DNA of 64,000 nucleotides, taken from the NCBI RefSeq assembly GCF_003334815.1, contig NZ_QOWO01000009.1, one strand, 5' to 3'. The notes beneath the pieces are model-generated. The model saw only the letters and a list, made by a program, of their open reading frames with translations, was not told where the DNA came from and made no database searches. The translations under genes were made by a program, and so were the position numbers. Of the stretch, positions 32,115 through 43,988 are shown piece by piece. This DNA comes from Escherichia coli. GTDB lineage: Bacteria > Pseudomonadota > Gammaproteobacteria > Enterobacterales > Enterobacteriaceae. The number at the start of each line of letters is the position of its first letter. The stretch's first letter is position 1.

Positions 32115-34007
32115 TTACATCACCAGACGGCGAATGTCAGACAGCGTGTTGTTAATGATGGTAATGAAACGGGCACCATCAGCACCGTCGATCACGCGGT
32201 GGTCGAAGGAGAGAGAAATCGGCAGCATCAGACGCGGCACGAACTCTTTACCATTCCACACCGGCTCCATCGCGGACTTGGAAACGCCGAGGATAGCCAC
32301 TTCCGGCGCGTTCACAATCGGCGCGAAGTGGGTAGTACCCAGGCCGCCGATGCTGGAGATGGTGAAGCAACCGCCCTGCATTTCGCCCGCAGTCAGCTTA
32401 CCGTCACGCGCTTTCTTAGAAATAGTCATCAGCTCGCGAGACAGCTCGATGATGCCTTTCTTGTTGACGTCTTTGAATACCGGAACAACCAGACCGTTCG
32501 GGGTATCCACCGCCACACCGATGTTGATGTATTTCTTCAGGGTCAGACGCTGACCGTCTTCCGACAGCGAACTATTGAAGCGAGGCATCTGCTCAAGAGC
32601 TGCAGCAACGGCTTTCATGATGAAGACAACCGGGGTGATCTTCACATCCAGCTTACGTTTCGCCGCTTCTTCGTTCTGCTGTTTACGGAACGCTTCCAAC
32701 TCGGTGATATCGGTTTTGTCGAAGTGAGTAACATGCGGGATCATTACCCAGTTACGGCTCAGGTTCGCACCAGAGATTTTCTGGATGCGGCCCAGTTCCA
32801 CTTCTTCGATTTCACCAAACTTGCTGAAGTCCACCTTCGGCCACGGCAGCATGCCAGGGATACCACCGCCAGTCGCTGCCGGAGCTGCTTCTGCACGTTT
32901 GATAGCTTCTTTCACGTAAGCCTGAACGTCTTCGCGCAGGATACGACCTTTACGGCCAGTGCCCTTCACTTTCGCAAGGTTAACACCAAACTCGCGTGCC
33001 AGACGGCGGATCAGCGGAGTCGCGTGAACATAAGCGTCGTTTTCAGCAAATTCAGATTTGCCTTCCGCTTTCGCAGCTGGTGCTGCTGCCGGGGCTTCAG
33101 CTTTTGCTGCCGGTGCCGGCGCTGCCGCTTCCTGTTTCGCAGGAGCTGCCGCAGGCGCTGCGCCTTCAACTTCGAAGATCATAATCAGCGAGCCAGTTTT
33201 CACTTTATCGCCAACGTTGACTTTCAGTTCCTTCACGACGCCTGCAAACGGCGCCGGAACTTCCATAGAAGCTTTGTCGCCTTCTACGGTGATCAGTGAC
33301 TGTTCAGCGGCAACTTTGTCGCCCACTTTCACCATCACTTCAGTCACTTCAACTTCGTCACCGCCGATATCCGGAACGTTAACTTCTTTCACGCCAGCCG
33401 CTGGTGCAGGGGCCGCTGCCGGAGCTGCTTCCTGTTTAGCGGCCGGAGCTGCCGCGCCTGCTTCACCCGCGACTTCGAAGACCATAATCAGCGAGCCGGT
33501 AGACACTTTGTCACCCACGTTCACTTTGATCTCTTTCACGGTGCCAGCAAACGGAGCCGGAACTTCCATAGAAGCCTTGTCGCCTTCTACGGTGATCAGC
33601 GACTGTTCAGCTTCAACTTTATCGCCAACTTTCACCAGGATTTCGGTCACTTCAACTTCGTCGCTGCCGATATCCGGAACGTTAACGTCTTTTGCCGCCG
33701 CAGCCGCTGGTGCTGCTGCCGGAGCTGCTTCTTTCTTCTCTTCTGCCTGAGCAGGTGCAGCGTCTGCTGCACCGTCGGCGGAATCGAAAATCATAATCAG
33801 TGCGCCGGTCTGGGTTTTATCGCCAACAGAGACTTTGATCTCTTTAACGATACCCGCCTGCGGAGACGGAACTTCCATAGAGGCTTTGTCGCCTTCTACG
33901 GTGATCAGCGACTGTTCGGCTTCAACTTTGTCGCCCACTTTGACCAGGATCTCGGTGATTTCAACTTCATCAGCCCCGATGTCCGGTACTTTGATTTCGA
34001 TAGCCAT
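32115..34007 (-). CDS. aceF: dihydrolipoamide acetyltransferase (E2 of pyruvate dehydrogenase) with three lipoyl domains
   Basis: 630-aa ORF; three repeated lipoyl domains (…[11 protein letters not shown]…) separated by Ala/Pro-rich linkers, then E3-binding and catalytic domains. Confidence 0.95.
33060..34007 (-). repeat. three tandem repeats of about 305 bp encoding the aceF lipoyl domains
   Basis: Near-identical segments (e.g. gtcgccttctacggtgatcag...) recur at about 33276, 33579 and 33888. Confidence 0.85.
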
Positions 34008-34021
34008 TATTCTTTTACCTC

Positions 34022-36685
34022 TTACGCCAGACGCGGGTTAACTTTATCTGCATCGATGTTGAATTTGGCGATTGCGTCAGCAACCACTTTCTTATCGATT
34101 TCGCCACGTTTAGCCAGTTCGCCCAGCGCCGCAACCACGACATAAGAAGCATCAACTTCGAAGTGGTGACGCAGGTTCTCACGGCTGTCGGAACGACCGA
34201 AGCCATCAGTACCCAGTACGCGGTAGTCGTCAGCCGGTACGTAAGTACGGACCTGCTCAGCGAACAGTTTCATATAGTCGGTAGATGCCACTGCCGGAGC
34301 GTCGTTCATCACCTGAGCGATATACGGAACGCGCGGAGTTTCCAGCGGGTGCAGCATGTTCCAGCGTTCACAATCCTGACCATCACGCGCCAGCTCGGTG
34401 AAGGAGGTCACGCTATAAACGTCAGAACCTACGCCGTAATCTTTCGCCAGGATCTCAGCTGCTTCACGGACGTGACGCAGGATAGAACCGGAGCCGAGCA
34501 GCTGAACTTTACCTTTGCTACCTTCAATAGTTTCGAGTTTGTAGATACCTTTACGGATACCTTCCTCAGCACCTTCCGGCATTGCCGGCATGTGGTAGTT
34601 TTCGTTCAGCGTAGTGATGTAGTAGTAAACGTTCTCTTGTTTTTCACCGTACATACGCTCCAGACCGTCATGCATGATGACAGCAACTTCGTAAGCGTAA
34701 GCCGGGTCGTAAGAGATACAGTTCGGGATAGTCAGCGACTGAATGTGGCTGTGACCATCTTCGTGCTGCAGACCTTCGCCGTTCAGGGTGGTACGACCGG
34801 AAGTACCGCCGATCAGGAAGCCACGCGCTTGCTGGTCGCCAGCCGCCCAGCACAGATCGCCAATACGCTGGAAGCCGAACATCGAGTAATAGATGTAGAA
34901 CGGGATCATCGGCAGATTGTTGGTGCTGTAAGAGGTCGCCGCTGCCAGCCAGGAACAACCTGCGCCCAGCTCGTTGATCCCTTCCTGCAGAATCTGACCT
35001 TTCTCGTCTTCTTTATAGTAAGCAACCTGCTCGCGGTCCTGCGGGGTGTACTGCTGACCGTTCGGGCTGTAAATACCAATCTGACGGAACAGACCTTCCA
35101 TACCGAAAGTACGCGCTTCGTCGGCGATGATCGGTACCAGACGATCTTTGATCGACTTGTTCTTCAGCATCACGTTCAGAGCACGAACGAAAGCGATAGT
35201 GGTAGAGATCTCTTTGCTCTGCTCTTCCAACAGCGCGCCGAAGTCTTGCAGGCTCGGCAGCTCAAGCTTCTCGGTGAAGTTCGGCTGACGGCTTGGCAGA
35301 TAACCGTGCAGTTTCTGACGCTGAGCGTGCAGATAGGTATGCTCTTCAGAACCTTCCGGGAAGGTGATGTACGGCAGTTTTTCGATATCTGCATCAGACA
35401 CCGGCACATTGAAACGGTCGCGGATATGACGCACACCGTCCATGTTCATTTTCTTAACCTGGTGCGCGATGTTTTTACCTTCAGCCGCGTCGCCCATGCC
35501 GTAACCTTTAATGGTATGAGCAAGGATTACTGTCGCTTTGCCTTTGGTTTCCTGCGCTTTCTTGAATGCAGCGTAGATTTTCTTCGGATCGTGACCACCA
35601 CGGTTCAGTGCCCAGATCTGCTCGTCAGTCCAGTCTGCAACCAGTGCTGCGGTTTCAGGATATTTACCGAAGAAGTGTTCACGAACGTACGCACCATCTT
35701 TCGATTTGAAGGTCTGGTAGTCGCCGTCAACGGTTTCGTTCATCAGCTGGATCAGTTTACCGCTGGTATCCTTACGCAGCAGTTCATCCCAACGGCTACC
35801 CCACATCACTTTGATCACGTTCCAGCCAGCACCTTCGAAGATGCCTTCCAGTTCGTTGATGATCTTGCCGTTACCGGTGACCGGGCCGTCAAGACGCTGC
35901 AGGTTACAGTTGATAACGAAGACCAGGTTATCCAGTTTTTCACGGGTAGCGATGGTGATCGCACCTTTGGATTCCGGTTCGTCCATTTCACCGTCACCGA
36001 GGAACGCGTAAACGGTTTGTTTAGAGGTATCTTTCAGGCCACGGTGTTCCAGATATTTCAGGAATTTAGCCTGGTAAATAGCACCAATCGGACCCAGACC
36101 CATAGATACGGTCGGGAACTGCCAGAATTCCGGCATCAGTTTCGGGTGCGGATAGGAAGAGAGGCCATTGCCGTGAACTTCCTGACGGAAGTTATCCAGC
36201 TGCTCCTGAGTCAGACGACCTTCCAGGAAAGCACGAGCGTACACGCCCGGGGAGATGTGGCCCTGGAAGTAAACCAGGTCGCCGCCATCCTGCTCGTTGC
36301 GTGCACGGAAGAAGTGGTTAAAGCACACATCATAAATGGTTGCGGAAGACTGGAAGGACGCCATATGGCCGCCCAGTTCGAGGTCTTTTTTCGACGCACG
36401 CAGCACCGTCATGATGGCGTTCCAGCGGATAGCTGAACGAATACGGCGTTCCAGTTCCAGATTACCCGGATACTCCGGTTGTTCTTCAACGGGGATGGTG
36501 TTGATGTAGTTGCTGATACCTGTGCCTGCGGCTACGTTTACACCGCCTTTGCGGGCTTCAGCAAGCAGTTGGTCGATCAGATACTGAGCACGCTCAACAC
36601 CTTCTTCACGGATGACCGATTCGATCGCCTGGAGCCAGTCGCGAGTTTCGATCGGATCCACGTCATTTGGGAAACGTTCTGACAT
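34022..36685 (-). CDS. aceE: pyruvate dehydrogenase E1 component
   Basis: 887-aa ORF matching the homodimeric E1 ([24 protein letters not shown]...). Confidence 0.95.
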
Positions 36686-36845
36686 GGGTTATTCCTTATC
36701 TATCTAATAACGTTGAGTTTTCTGGAACCTGTCCCATTGAACTCTCGCCGGAAAGCTCAATAAGACAGGTTCTACGTTTAGTTGCCGCGCTTTTATATGC
36801 GCTTGATTTACAACATCTTCTGGATAATTTTTACCAGAAAAATCA

Positions 36846-37610
36846 CTAATTCTTTCGTTGCTCCAGACGACGCAGAGAACGCTCACGGCGGCTCTCTTCA
36901 CGACTTCTGTCGAGCAAAATTTCTTCGATAAAGGCCAGATGGCGATGCGATGCTTCGCGCGCTTCTTCCGGCTTACCGGCCATAATCGCTTCAAATATGC
37001 GGGTGCGGTGACTACTCACCAGCGGCAGCATCTCGCGACGCGAATAGAGCAATTCGAAGTTCTGGCGGACATTCTGGGCCAACATCGGCTCCATACACCT
37101 TAGCAGATGAAGCAGAACTACATTGTGGGCCGCTTCGGTGACGGCAATCTGATACTGGAGTACGGCGTTTGATTCCGCGTCCAGATCGCCAGACTGCTGC
37201 GCCAGCTCTATGGCGTGGTGGAGTTCACGGATGCGTTCCTTGTCTTCATCGGTACTACGCAGCGCGGCGTAATAAGCGGCGATACCTTCCAGGGCGTGTC
37301 GTGTTTCGAGCAAGTCATACTGTGACTCAGGATGGTCGGAGAGCAGCTCCACCAGCGGATCGCTGAAGCTTTGCCATAGGCTGCTCTGGACAAAAGTGCC
37401 GCCACCCTGGCGACGAAGCAACAAGCCCTTCGCTTCGAGACGTTGAATCGCCTCACGCAAGGAGGGACGGGAGACGTCAAACTGTTTTGCCAGTTCGCGT
37501 TCCGGTGGGAGTTTTTCGCCCGGGCGGAGAGTGCCTTCGAGGATCAAAAACTCCAGTTGCTGCTCAATCACATCGGAGAGTTTTGGTTGGCGGATTTTGC
37601 TGTAGGCCAT
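36846..37610 (-). CDS. pdhR: GntR-family pyruvate-responsive transcriptional regulator
   Basis: ORF 36846..37643; PdhR sequence starts [17 protein letters not shown] (254 aa) with a GntR-type HTH and FCD domain. Confidence 0.93.
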
Positions 37611-37641
37611 GAGTTCCTGTCTTAAGCCACTTGCCGAAGTC

Positions 37642-37658
37642 AATTGGTCTTACCAATT
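37642..37658. promoter_or_regulatory. PdhR operator palindrome aattggtcttaccaatt
   Basis: Perfect 7-bp inverted repeat (AATTGGT-N3-ACCAATT) read about 30 bp upstream of the pdhR start; matches the known PdhR box in the pdhR-aceEF-lpd promoter. Confidence 0.8.
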
Positions 37659-38062
37659 TCATGTCTGTGACGCTAAAGTAACAAAGTATTCACCTTATGT
37701 CCATACAGGTTTTGATTGAAATCATGAAACTGTGCACATTTTAACAACTTGACATATATAACGTTTCAAAGTTGTAACTATGCACAAATGTAGACTTTAC
37801 GTAGGAAAGGAGTTTTTTAACGATTATTAAACTATAAAAATCCGAATTGAACCGATTCACTTACCAATTTTGTGATTTTTAATTCAATTAAAACGAATTT
37901 AAATTCATTCTACATATTGAGAGGGGTTGAGGCTGAGCTTTACAAACGGTTTCTTTTTAAGCAACTCATCTTCAACCATGCATAAAGCGGGTGCATTCGC
38001 TGCCGCATACCATTATTCTTGATCTGACGGAAGTCTTTTTGTAACAATTCAAACTTCTTTGA

Positions 38063-38080
38063 TGTAAACAAATTAATACA
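38063..38080. promoter_or_regulatory. candidate TyrR box (tgtaaa-N6-aataca) in the aroP promoter region
   Basis: Partial match to the TGTAAA-N6-TTTACA consensus about 70-90 bp upstream of the aroP start; aroP is known to be TyrR-regulated, but the exact site is not verified here. Confidence 0.3.
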
Positions 38081-38150
38081 ACAAACGGAATTGCAAACTT
38101 ACACACGCATCACTGCGTAGATCAAAAAAACAACCACCGCACGAGGTTTC

Positions 38151-39524
38151 ATGATGGAAGGTCAACAGCACGGCGAGCAGCTAAAGCGCGGCCTTAAAAA
38201 CCGCCATATTCAGCTTATCGCGCTGGGTGGCGCGATAGGGACCGGGTTATTCCTGGGTAGCGCCTCCGTAATACAGTCCGCAGGGCCAGGGATTATCCTG
38301 GGTTACGCCATTGCTGGTTTTATCGCCTTTCTGATCATGCGTCAGCTGGGTGAAATGGTGGTCGAAGAACCTGTCGCAGGCTCCTTTAGCCACTTTGCTT
38401 ATAAATACTGGGGCAGTTTTGCCGGTTTCGCCTCTGGCTGGAACTACTGGGTACTGTACGTTTTAGTTGCCATGGCTGAGCTGACTGCCGTGGGTAAATA
38501 CATTCAGTTCTGGTATCCGGAAATCCCCACCTGGGTTTCTGCCGCCGTATTCTTTGTGGTGATTAACGCCATCAACCTGACCAACGTTAAAGTGTTTGGC
38601 GAGATGGAGTTCTGGTTTGCCATTATCAAAGTTATCGCGGTGGTAGCGATGATCATCTTCGGCGGCTGGCTGCTATTCAGTGGCAACGGCGGCCCGCAGG
38701 CGACCGTTAGCAACCTGTGGGATCAGGGTGGTTTCCTGCCGCACGGCTTCACCGGGCTGGTGATGATGATGGCGATTATCATGTTCTCGTTCGGTGGTCT
38801 GGAACTGGTGGGGATCACCGCAGCAGAAGCTGATAACCCGGAGCAAAGTATACCGAAAGCAACTAACCAGGTTATCTACCGCATCCTGATTTTCTATATT
38901 GGTTCGTTAGCCGTTCTGCTCTCACTGATGCCGTGGACCCGCGTTACCGCCGATACCAGTCCGTTTGTGCTGATCTTCCACGAGTTAGGCGATACCTTTG
39001 TGGCGAATGCGCTGAACATCGTGGTACTGACTGCGGCGCTCTCCGTGTACAACAGCTGCGTATATTGCAACAGCCGTATGCTGTTTGGTCTGGCACAACA
39101 GGGTAATGCGCCAAAAGCGCTGGCGTCTGTCGATAAACGTGGTGTACCAGTAAATACCATTCTGGTGTCTGCACTGGTAACGGCGTTGTGCGTACTGATT
39201 AACTACCTTGCCCCAGAGTCCGCTTTCGGACTGTTAATGGCGCTGGTGGTATCTGCACTGGTAATCAACTGGGCGATGATTAGCCTGGCGCATATGAAAT
39301 TCCGTCGCGCCAAGCAGGAACAAGGCGTGGTAACTCGCTTCCCTGCTCTGCTTTATCCGCTGGGTAACTGGATCTGCCTGCTGTTTATGGCGGCGGTACT
39401 GGTGATTATGCTGATGACCCCAGGAATGGCGATTTCGGTATACCTGATCCCGGTATGGCTGATCGTGTTAGGTATCGGCTATCTGTTTAAAGAGAAAACC
39501 GCCAAAGCCGTAAAAGCGCATTAA
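38151..39524 (+). CDS. aroP: aromatic amino acid:H+ symporter (APC family)
   Basis: 457-aa ORF with 12 TM segments (MMEGQQHGEQLKRGLKNRHIQLIALGGAIGTGLF...). Confidence 0.95.
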   Translation: MMEGQQHGEQLKRGLKNRHIQLIALGGAIGTGLFLGSASVIQSAGPGIILGYAIAGFIAFLIMRQLGEMVVEEPVAGSFSHFAYKYWGSFAGFASGWNYWVLYVLVAMAELTAVGKYIQFWYPEIPTWVSAAVFFVVINAINLTNVKVFGEMEFWFAIIKVIAVVAMIIFGGWLLFSGNGGPQATVSNLWDQGGFLPHGFTGLVMMMAIIMFSFGGLELVGITAAEADNPEQSIPKATNQVIYRILIFYIGSLAVLLSLMPWTRVTADTSPFVLIFHELGDTFVANALNIVVLTAALSVYNSCVYCNSRMLFGLAQQGNAPKALASVDKRGVPVNTILVSALVTALCVLINYLAPESAFGLLMALVVSALVINWAMISLAHMKFRRAKQEQGVVTRFPALLYPLGNWICLLFMAAVLVIMLMTPGMAISVYLIPVWLIVLGIGYLFKEKTAKAVKAH

Positions 39525-39533
39525 TCTCTCTAC

Positions 39534-39566
39534 GCCCTCACCCGTACAGGGTGAGGGCAATAATCT
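39534..39566. terminator. bidirectional terminator between convergent aroP and ampE (gccctcaccc-gtaca-gggtgagggc)
   Basis: Perfect 10-bp GC-rich stem, loop gtaca, followed by aataatcttt. Confidence 0.55.
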
Positions 39567-40421
39567 TTACACCAACGCCCCGTAAATCGTCAGTAGTGCA
39601 ATCACCACCACGACCACGAACGAGGTTTTCTTCGCCATTGAAACCGCTGCCTTCGGCGTCTCCACCTTATCGACATGCGGTTCACGCGCCAGAGAGAACT
39701 GCGCCAGACGCGTTAACACCTGATACTGCGAAGTATGGAAATCACCCAGCGAAGCAAACCAGGCCGGTAACGCTTTCTCACCATGACCGATCAAGGCATA
39801 TACCACACCCGCAAGACGAACCGGCACCCAATCCAGTACATGAAGCACGGCATCAATGCCGGACTGTAAACGATGATGCGGCGTCTGATATCGCGCCAGC
39901 CAGTATTGCCATGCACGCAAAAACGCATACCCCATCAGCGTAACGGGTCCCCAGGTTCCCCCCACAATCAGCCAGAACAGCGGTGCAAGATAAAAACGAA
40001 AGTTAATCCACAGCAATGCATTTTGCAGCTCACGCAAATACTCACGTTCGTCGCAGCCTGCCGGGACGCCGTGAATCATGGTGAGTTCGCCAGCCATCGT
40101 GGCACGGGCATGGCTATCATTACGTGAAGCAGCTGTCAGATAAGCATGATAATGAAGACGAACTTTACCTGCGCCAATACACAGCAAACCAATCAGCAGC
40201 CACACCAGTAGCGTGGGAACGTTGAACAATACTCCCTGCAATGCGCGTAACAGTAAAAAAGTCACGCCCATCGCAATAATGGTCATGCCTAACGTGCGCC
40301 CGAGAGAAAAATGTTTCACCCGCCGAAAGAACGCTTCAAGACGATGATCAAGCTGCCAGTGCTCGCCCAACTTAAACAGGCGCTCGAAAATTAACACCAG
40401 TAAGGTTGTAAATAGCGTCAT
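39567..40421 (-). CDS. ampE: inner-membrane protein AmpE (ampicillin-resistance-locus membrane protein)
   Basis: ORF 39567..40460; likely start is the internal Met ([16 protein letters not shown]), whose ATG overlaps the ampD stop (ATGA); 284 aa. Confidence 0.9.
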
Positions 40422-40969
40422 GTTGTCTCCTTGCTGACCAGCACACGAAACCGTGCCCAATCAAATGCAGGACCGGGATCGGTTTTCCGATCCGGCGCAA
40501 TATCACAATGGCCCGTCATGTTTTTAGCGATATCCGGATAGCAATCAATCAGTGCCCGCGTAACCGCCGCAAGCTGTTGATACTGCGCATCGGTATACGC
40601 CAGCGTATCGGTGCCTTCAAGCTCAATCCCAATAGAAAAATCATTGCAGCGTTCGCGCCCCTGATACTGAGAGACTCCCGCATGCCATGCACGTTTATCG
40701 AAAGGAACATACTGGACTATTTCACCATCACGGCGAATCAAACAGTGAGCGGAGACGCGCAAATGGGCGATCTCAGCAAAGAAAGGATGTGCCTGCGGAT
40801 CAATAGTTCCAGTGAATAATGCGTCGATCCACGGACCGCCAAACTCGCCTGGCGGCAGGCTAATATTGTGCACCACCAGCAGGGTGGGTGTTTCGTCATC
40901 CGGGCGGCAATCGTAATGTGGTGAGGGAACGCGGCGCGCGCCAACCAGCCACCCCTGTTCTAACAACAT
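40418..40969 (-). CDS. ampD: 1,6-anhydro-N-acetylmuramyl-L-alanine amidase (cytosolic peptidoglycan recycling)
   Basis: 183-aa ORF of the amidase_2 family matching AmpD. Confidence 0.95.
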
Positions 40970-40996
40970 GCAGGATCTCCTTATATGTGGTGCTAA

Positions 40997-41950
<954 letters not shown>

Positions 41951-42152
41951 TAGTTGACAGATTTATCCGCTCCATCGCGGGCGGATAATCTCCCCTTCCC
42001 CAACTTTCTTCGTAACGCCTCGCAAATTTCTTGTCTTTCGCTGCAACGAAATAAAAAACCTCGGAATCTGCTTTCCCGTTTCGTTTTTTGCCCCTCGCCT
42101 GTGCTGATGGCGTTTGCCAAAGTAGCGCCAACCAAATCAAGGAGCGAAACAG

Positions 42153-42593
42153 ATGGACAAGCAACGCGGTTTTACACTTATCGAACTGATGGTGGTTATT
42201 GGCATCATTGCCATTTTAAGCGCCATTGGTATTCCCGCTTATCAAAACTACCTGCGCAAAGCCGCACTCACCGACATGCTACAAACCTTTGTGCCTTACC
42301 GTACCGCCGTAGAGTTGTGCGCGCTGGAACATGGTGGATTAGATACCTGCGACGGTGGCAGCAATGGCATTCCCTCGCCTACCACCACCCGCTATGTTTC
42401 AGCCATGAGTGTGGCAAAGGGCGTGGTGTCGCTGACCGGGCAAGAAAGTCTCAATGGGCTAAGCGTCGTCATGACACCGGGTTGGGATAACGCAAACGGC
42501 GTCACCGGCTGGACGCGCAACTGCAATATTCAAAGTGACAGCGCATTGCAGCAAGCCTGCGAAGATGTCTTCCGCTTTGATGACGCCAACTAA
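42153..42593 (+). CDS. ppdD: type IV prepilin (major pilin) with N-terminal class III signal (GFTLIELMVV)
   Basis: 146-aa ORF with the characteristic prepilin leader MDKQRGFTLIELMVVIGIIAILSAIGIPAY. Confidence 0.93.
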   Translation: MDKQRGFTLIELMVVIGIIAILSAIGIPAYQNYLRKAALTDMLQTFVPYRTAVELCALEHGGLDTCDGGSNGIPSPTTTRYVSAMSVAKGVVSLTGQESLNGLSVVMTPGWDNANGVTGWTRNCNIQSDSALQQACEDVFRFDDAN

Positions 42594-42602
42594 GGAGCGG
42601 CA

Positions 42603-43988
42603 ATGAATATTCCACAGCTCACTGCCCTGTGTCTGCGTTATCATGGAGTCTTGCTGGATGCCAGCGAAGAGGTGGTTCATGTTGCGGTAGTCGATGCACC
42701 TTCGCATGAGCTACTGGACGCATTGCATTTCGCTACCACCAAACGTATTGAGATCACCTGCTGGACGCGCCAACAAATGGAAGGTCACGCCAGTCGCACA
42801 CAACAGACATTGCCCGTAGCTGTTCAGGAGAAGCATCAGCCCAAAGCAGAGTTGCTAACTCGAACGTTACAATCTGCGCTGGAACAACGCGCGTCTGATA
42901 TTCATATCGAACCAGCGGACAATGCCTACCGCATCCGCTTGCGTATCGACGGCGTATTGCATCCTTTACCGGATGTTTCACCGGATGCCGGAGTCGCATT
43001 AACCGCCAGATTAAAAGTGCTGGGAAACCTGGATATTGCGGAACATCGCCTGCCGCAGGACGGGCAATTCACTGTCGAACTGGCAGGAAACGCCGTCTCA
43101 TTTCGTATTGCGACCTTACCATGTCGGGGTGGTGAAAAGGTGGTATTAAGGTTGTTACAGCAGGTGGGTCAGGCACTGGATGTCAACACGCTTGGAATGC
43201 AGCCGTTACAACTGGCGGACTTTGCTCATGCCTTGCAACAACCACAGGGACTGGTGCTGGTAACTGGCCCTACCGGCAGCGGCAAAACGGTCACGCTTTA
43301 TAGTGCCCTGCAAAAGCTGAATACCGCTGACATTAATATTTGTAGCGTCGAAGATCCAGTTGAGATCCCCATAGCCGGACTAAACCAGACGCAAATCCAT
43401 CCGCGTGCCGGACTCACCTTTCAGGGCGTTTTGCGTGCGTTATTGCGCCAGGATCCTGACGTCATCATGATCGGAGAGATCCGCGATGGCGAAACAGCAG
43501 AGATCGCTATTAAAGCGGCGCAAACTGGTCACCTGGTGTTGTCTACCCTACACACTAATTCCACCTGCGAAACGCTGGTACGTTTACAGCAAATGGGGGT
43601 CGCCCGCTGGATGCTATCATCGGCGCTTACGCTGGTAATAGCCCAGCGTCTGGTACGCAAACTTTGCCCACATTGTCGCCGGCAGCAAGGGGAGCCCATC
43701 CACATTCCAGACAATGTATGGCCATCGCCGCTGCCCCACTGGCAGGCACCCGGTTGTGTACATTGCTACCACGGTTTTTATGGTCGTACGGCCTTATTTG
43801 AAGTTCTGCCCATAACGCCGGTCATTCGTCAGCTTATTTCCGCTAATACCGACGTTGAATCGCTGGAAACGCACGCACGACAGGCGGGTATGCGTACGCT
43901 TTTTGAAAACGGCTGCCTGGCCGTAGAGCAAGGCTTAACCACCTTTGAAGAGTTAATCCGCGTACTGGGGATGCCGCATGGCGAGTAA
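42603..43988 (+). CDS. hofB: type IV pilus assembly ATPase (GspE/PilB family)
   Basis: 461-aa ORF with Walker A (GPTGSGKT) and C-terminal tetracysteine motif (CPHC...CVHC). Confidence 0.93.
   Translation: MNIPQLTALCLRYHGVLLDASEEVVHVAVVDAPSHELLDALHFATTKRIEITCWTRQQMEGHASRTQQTLPVAVQEKHQPKAELLTRTLQSALEQRASDIHIEPADNAYRIRLRIDGVLHPLPDVSPDAGVALTARLKVLGNLDIAEHRLPQDGQFTVELAGNAVSFRIATLPCRGGEKVVLRLLQQVGQALDVNTLGMQPLQLADFAHALQQPQGLVLVTGPTGSGKTVTLYSALQKLNTADINICSVEDPVEIPIAGLNQTQIHPRAGLTFQGVLRALLRQDPDVIMIGEIRDGETAEIAIKAAQTGHLVLSTLHTNSTCETLVRLQQMGVARWMLSSALTLVIAQRLVRKLCPHCRRQQGEPIHIPDNVWPSPLPHWQAPGCVHCYHGFYGRTALFEVLPITPVIRQLISANTDVESLETHARQAGMRTLFENGCLAVEQGLTTFEELIRVLGMPHGE

Noticed and set aside
32070-33750. 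409-aa and 230-aa plus-strand ORFs
   Set aside because: Antisense to aceF; Ala/Gly/Ser/Thr-rich translations mirror the GC-rich Ala/Pro linker repeats of the sense strand.
34163-36436. 757-aa plus-strand ORF
   Set aside because: Lies entirely antisense to aceE, a clearly recognisable, highly conserved gene; low-complexity translation; best explained by codon bias removing antisense stops.
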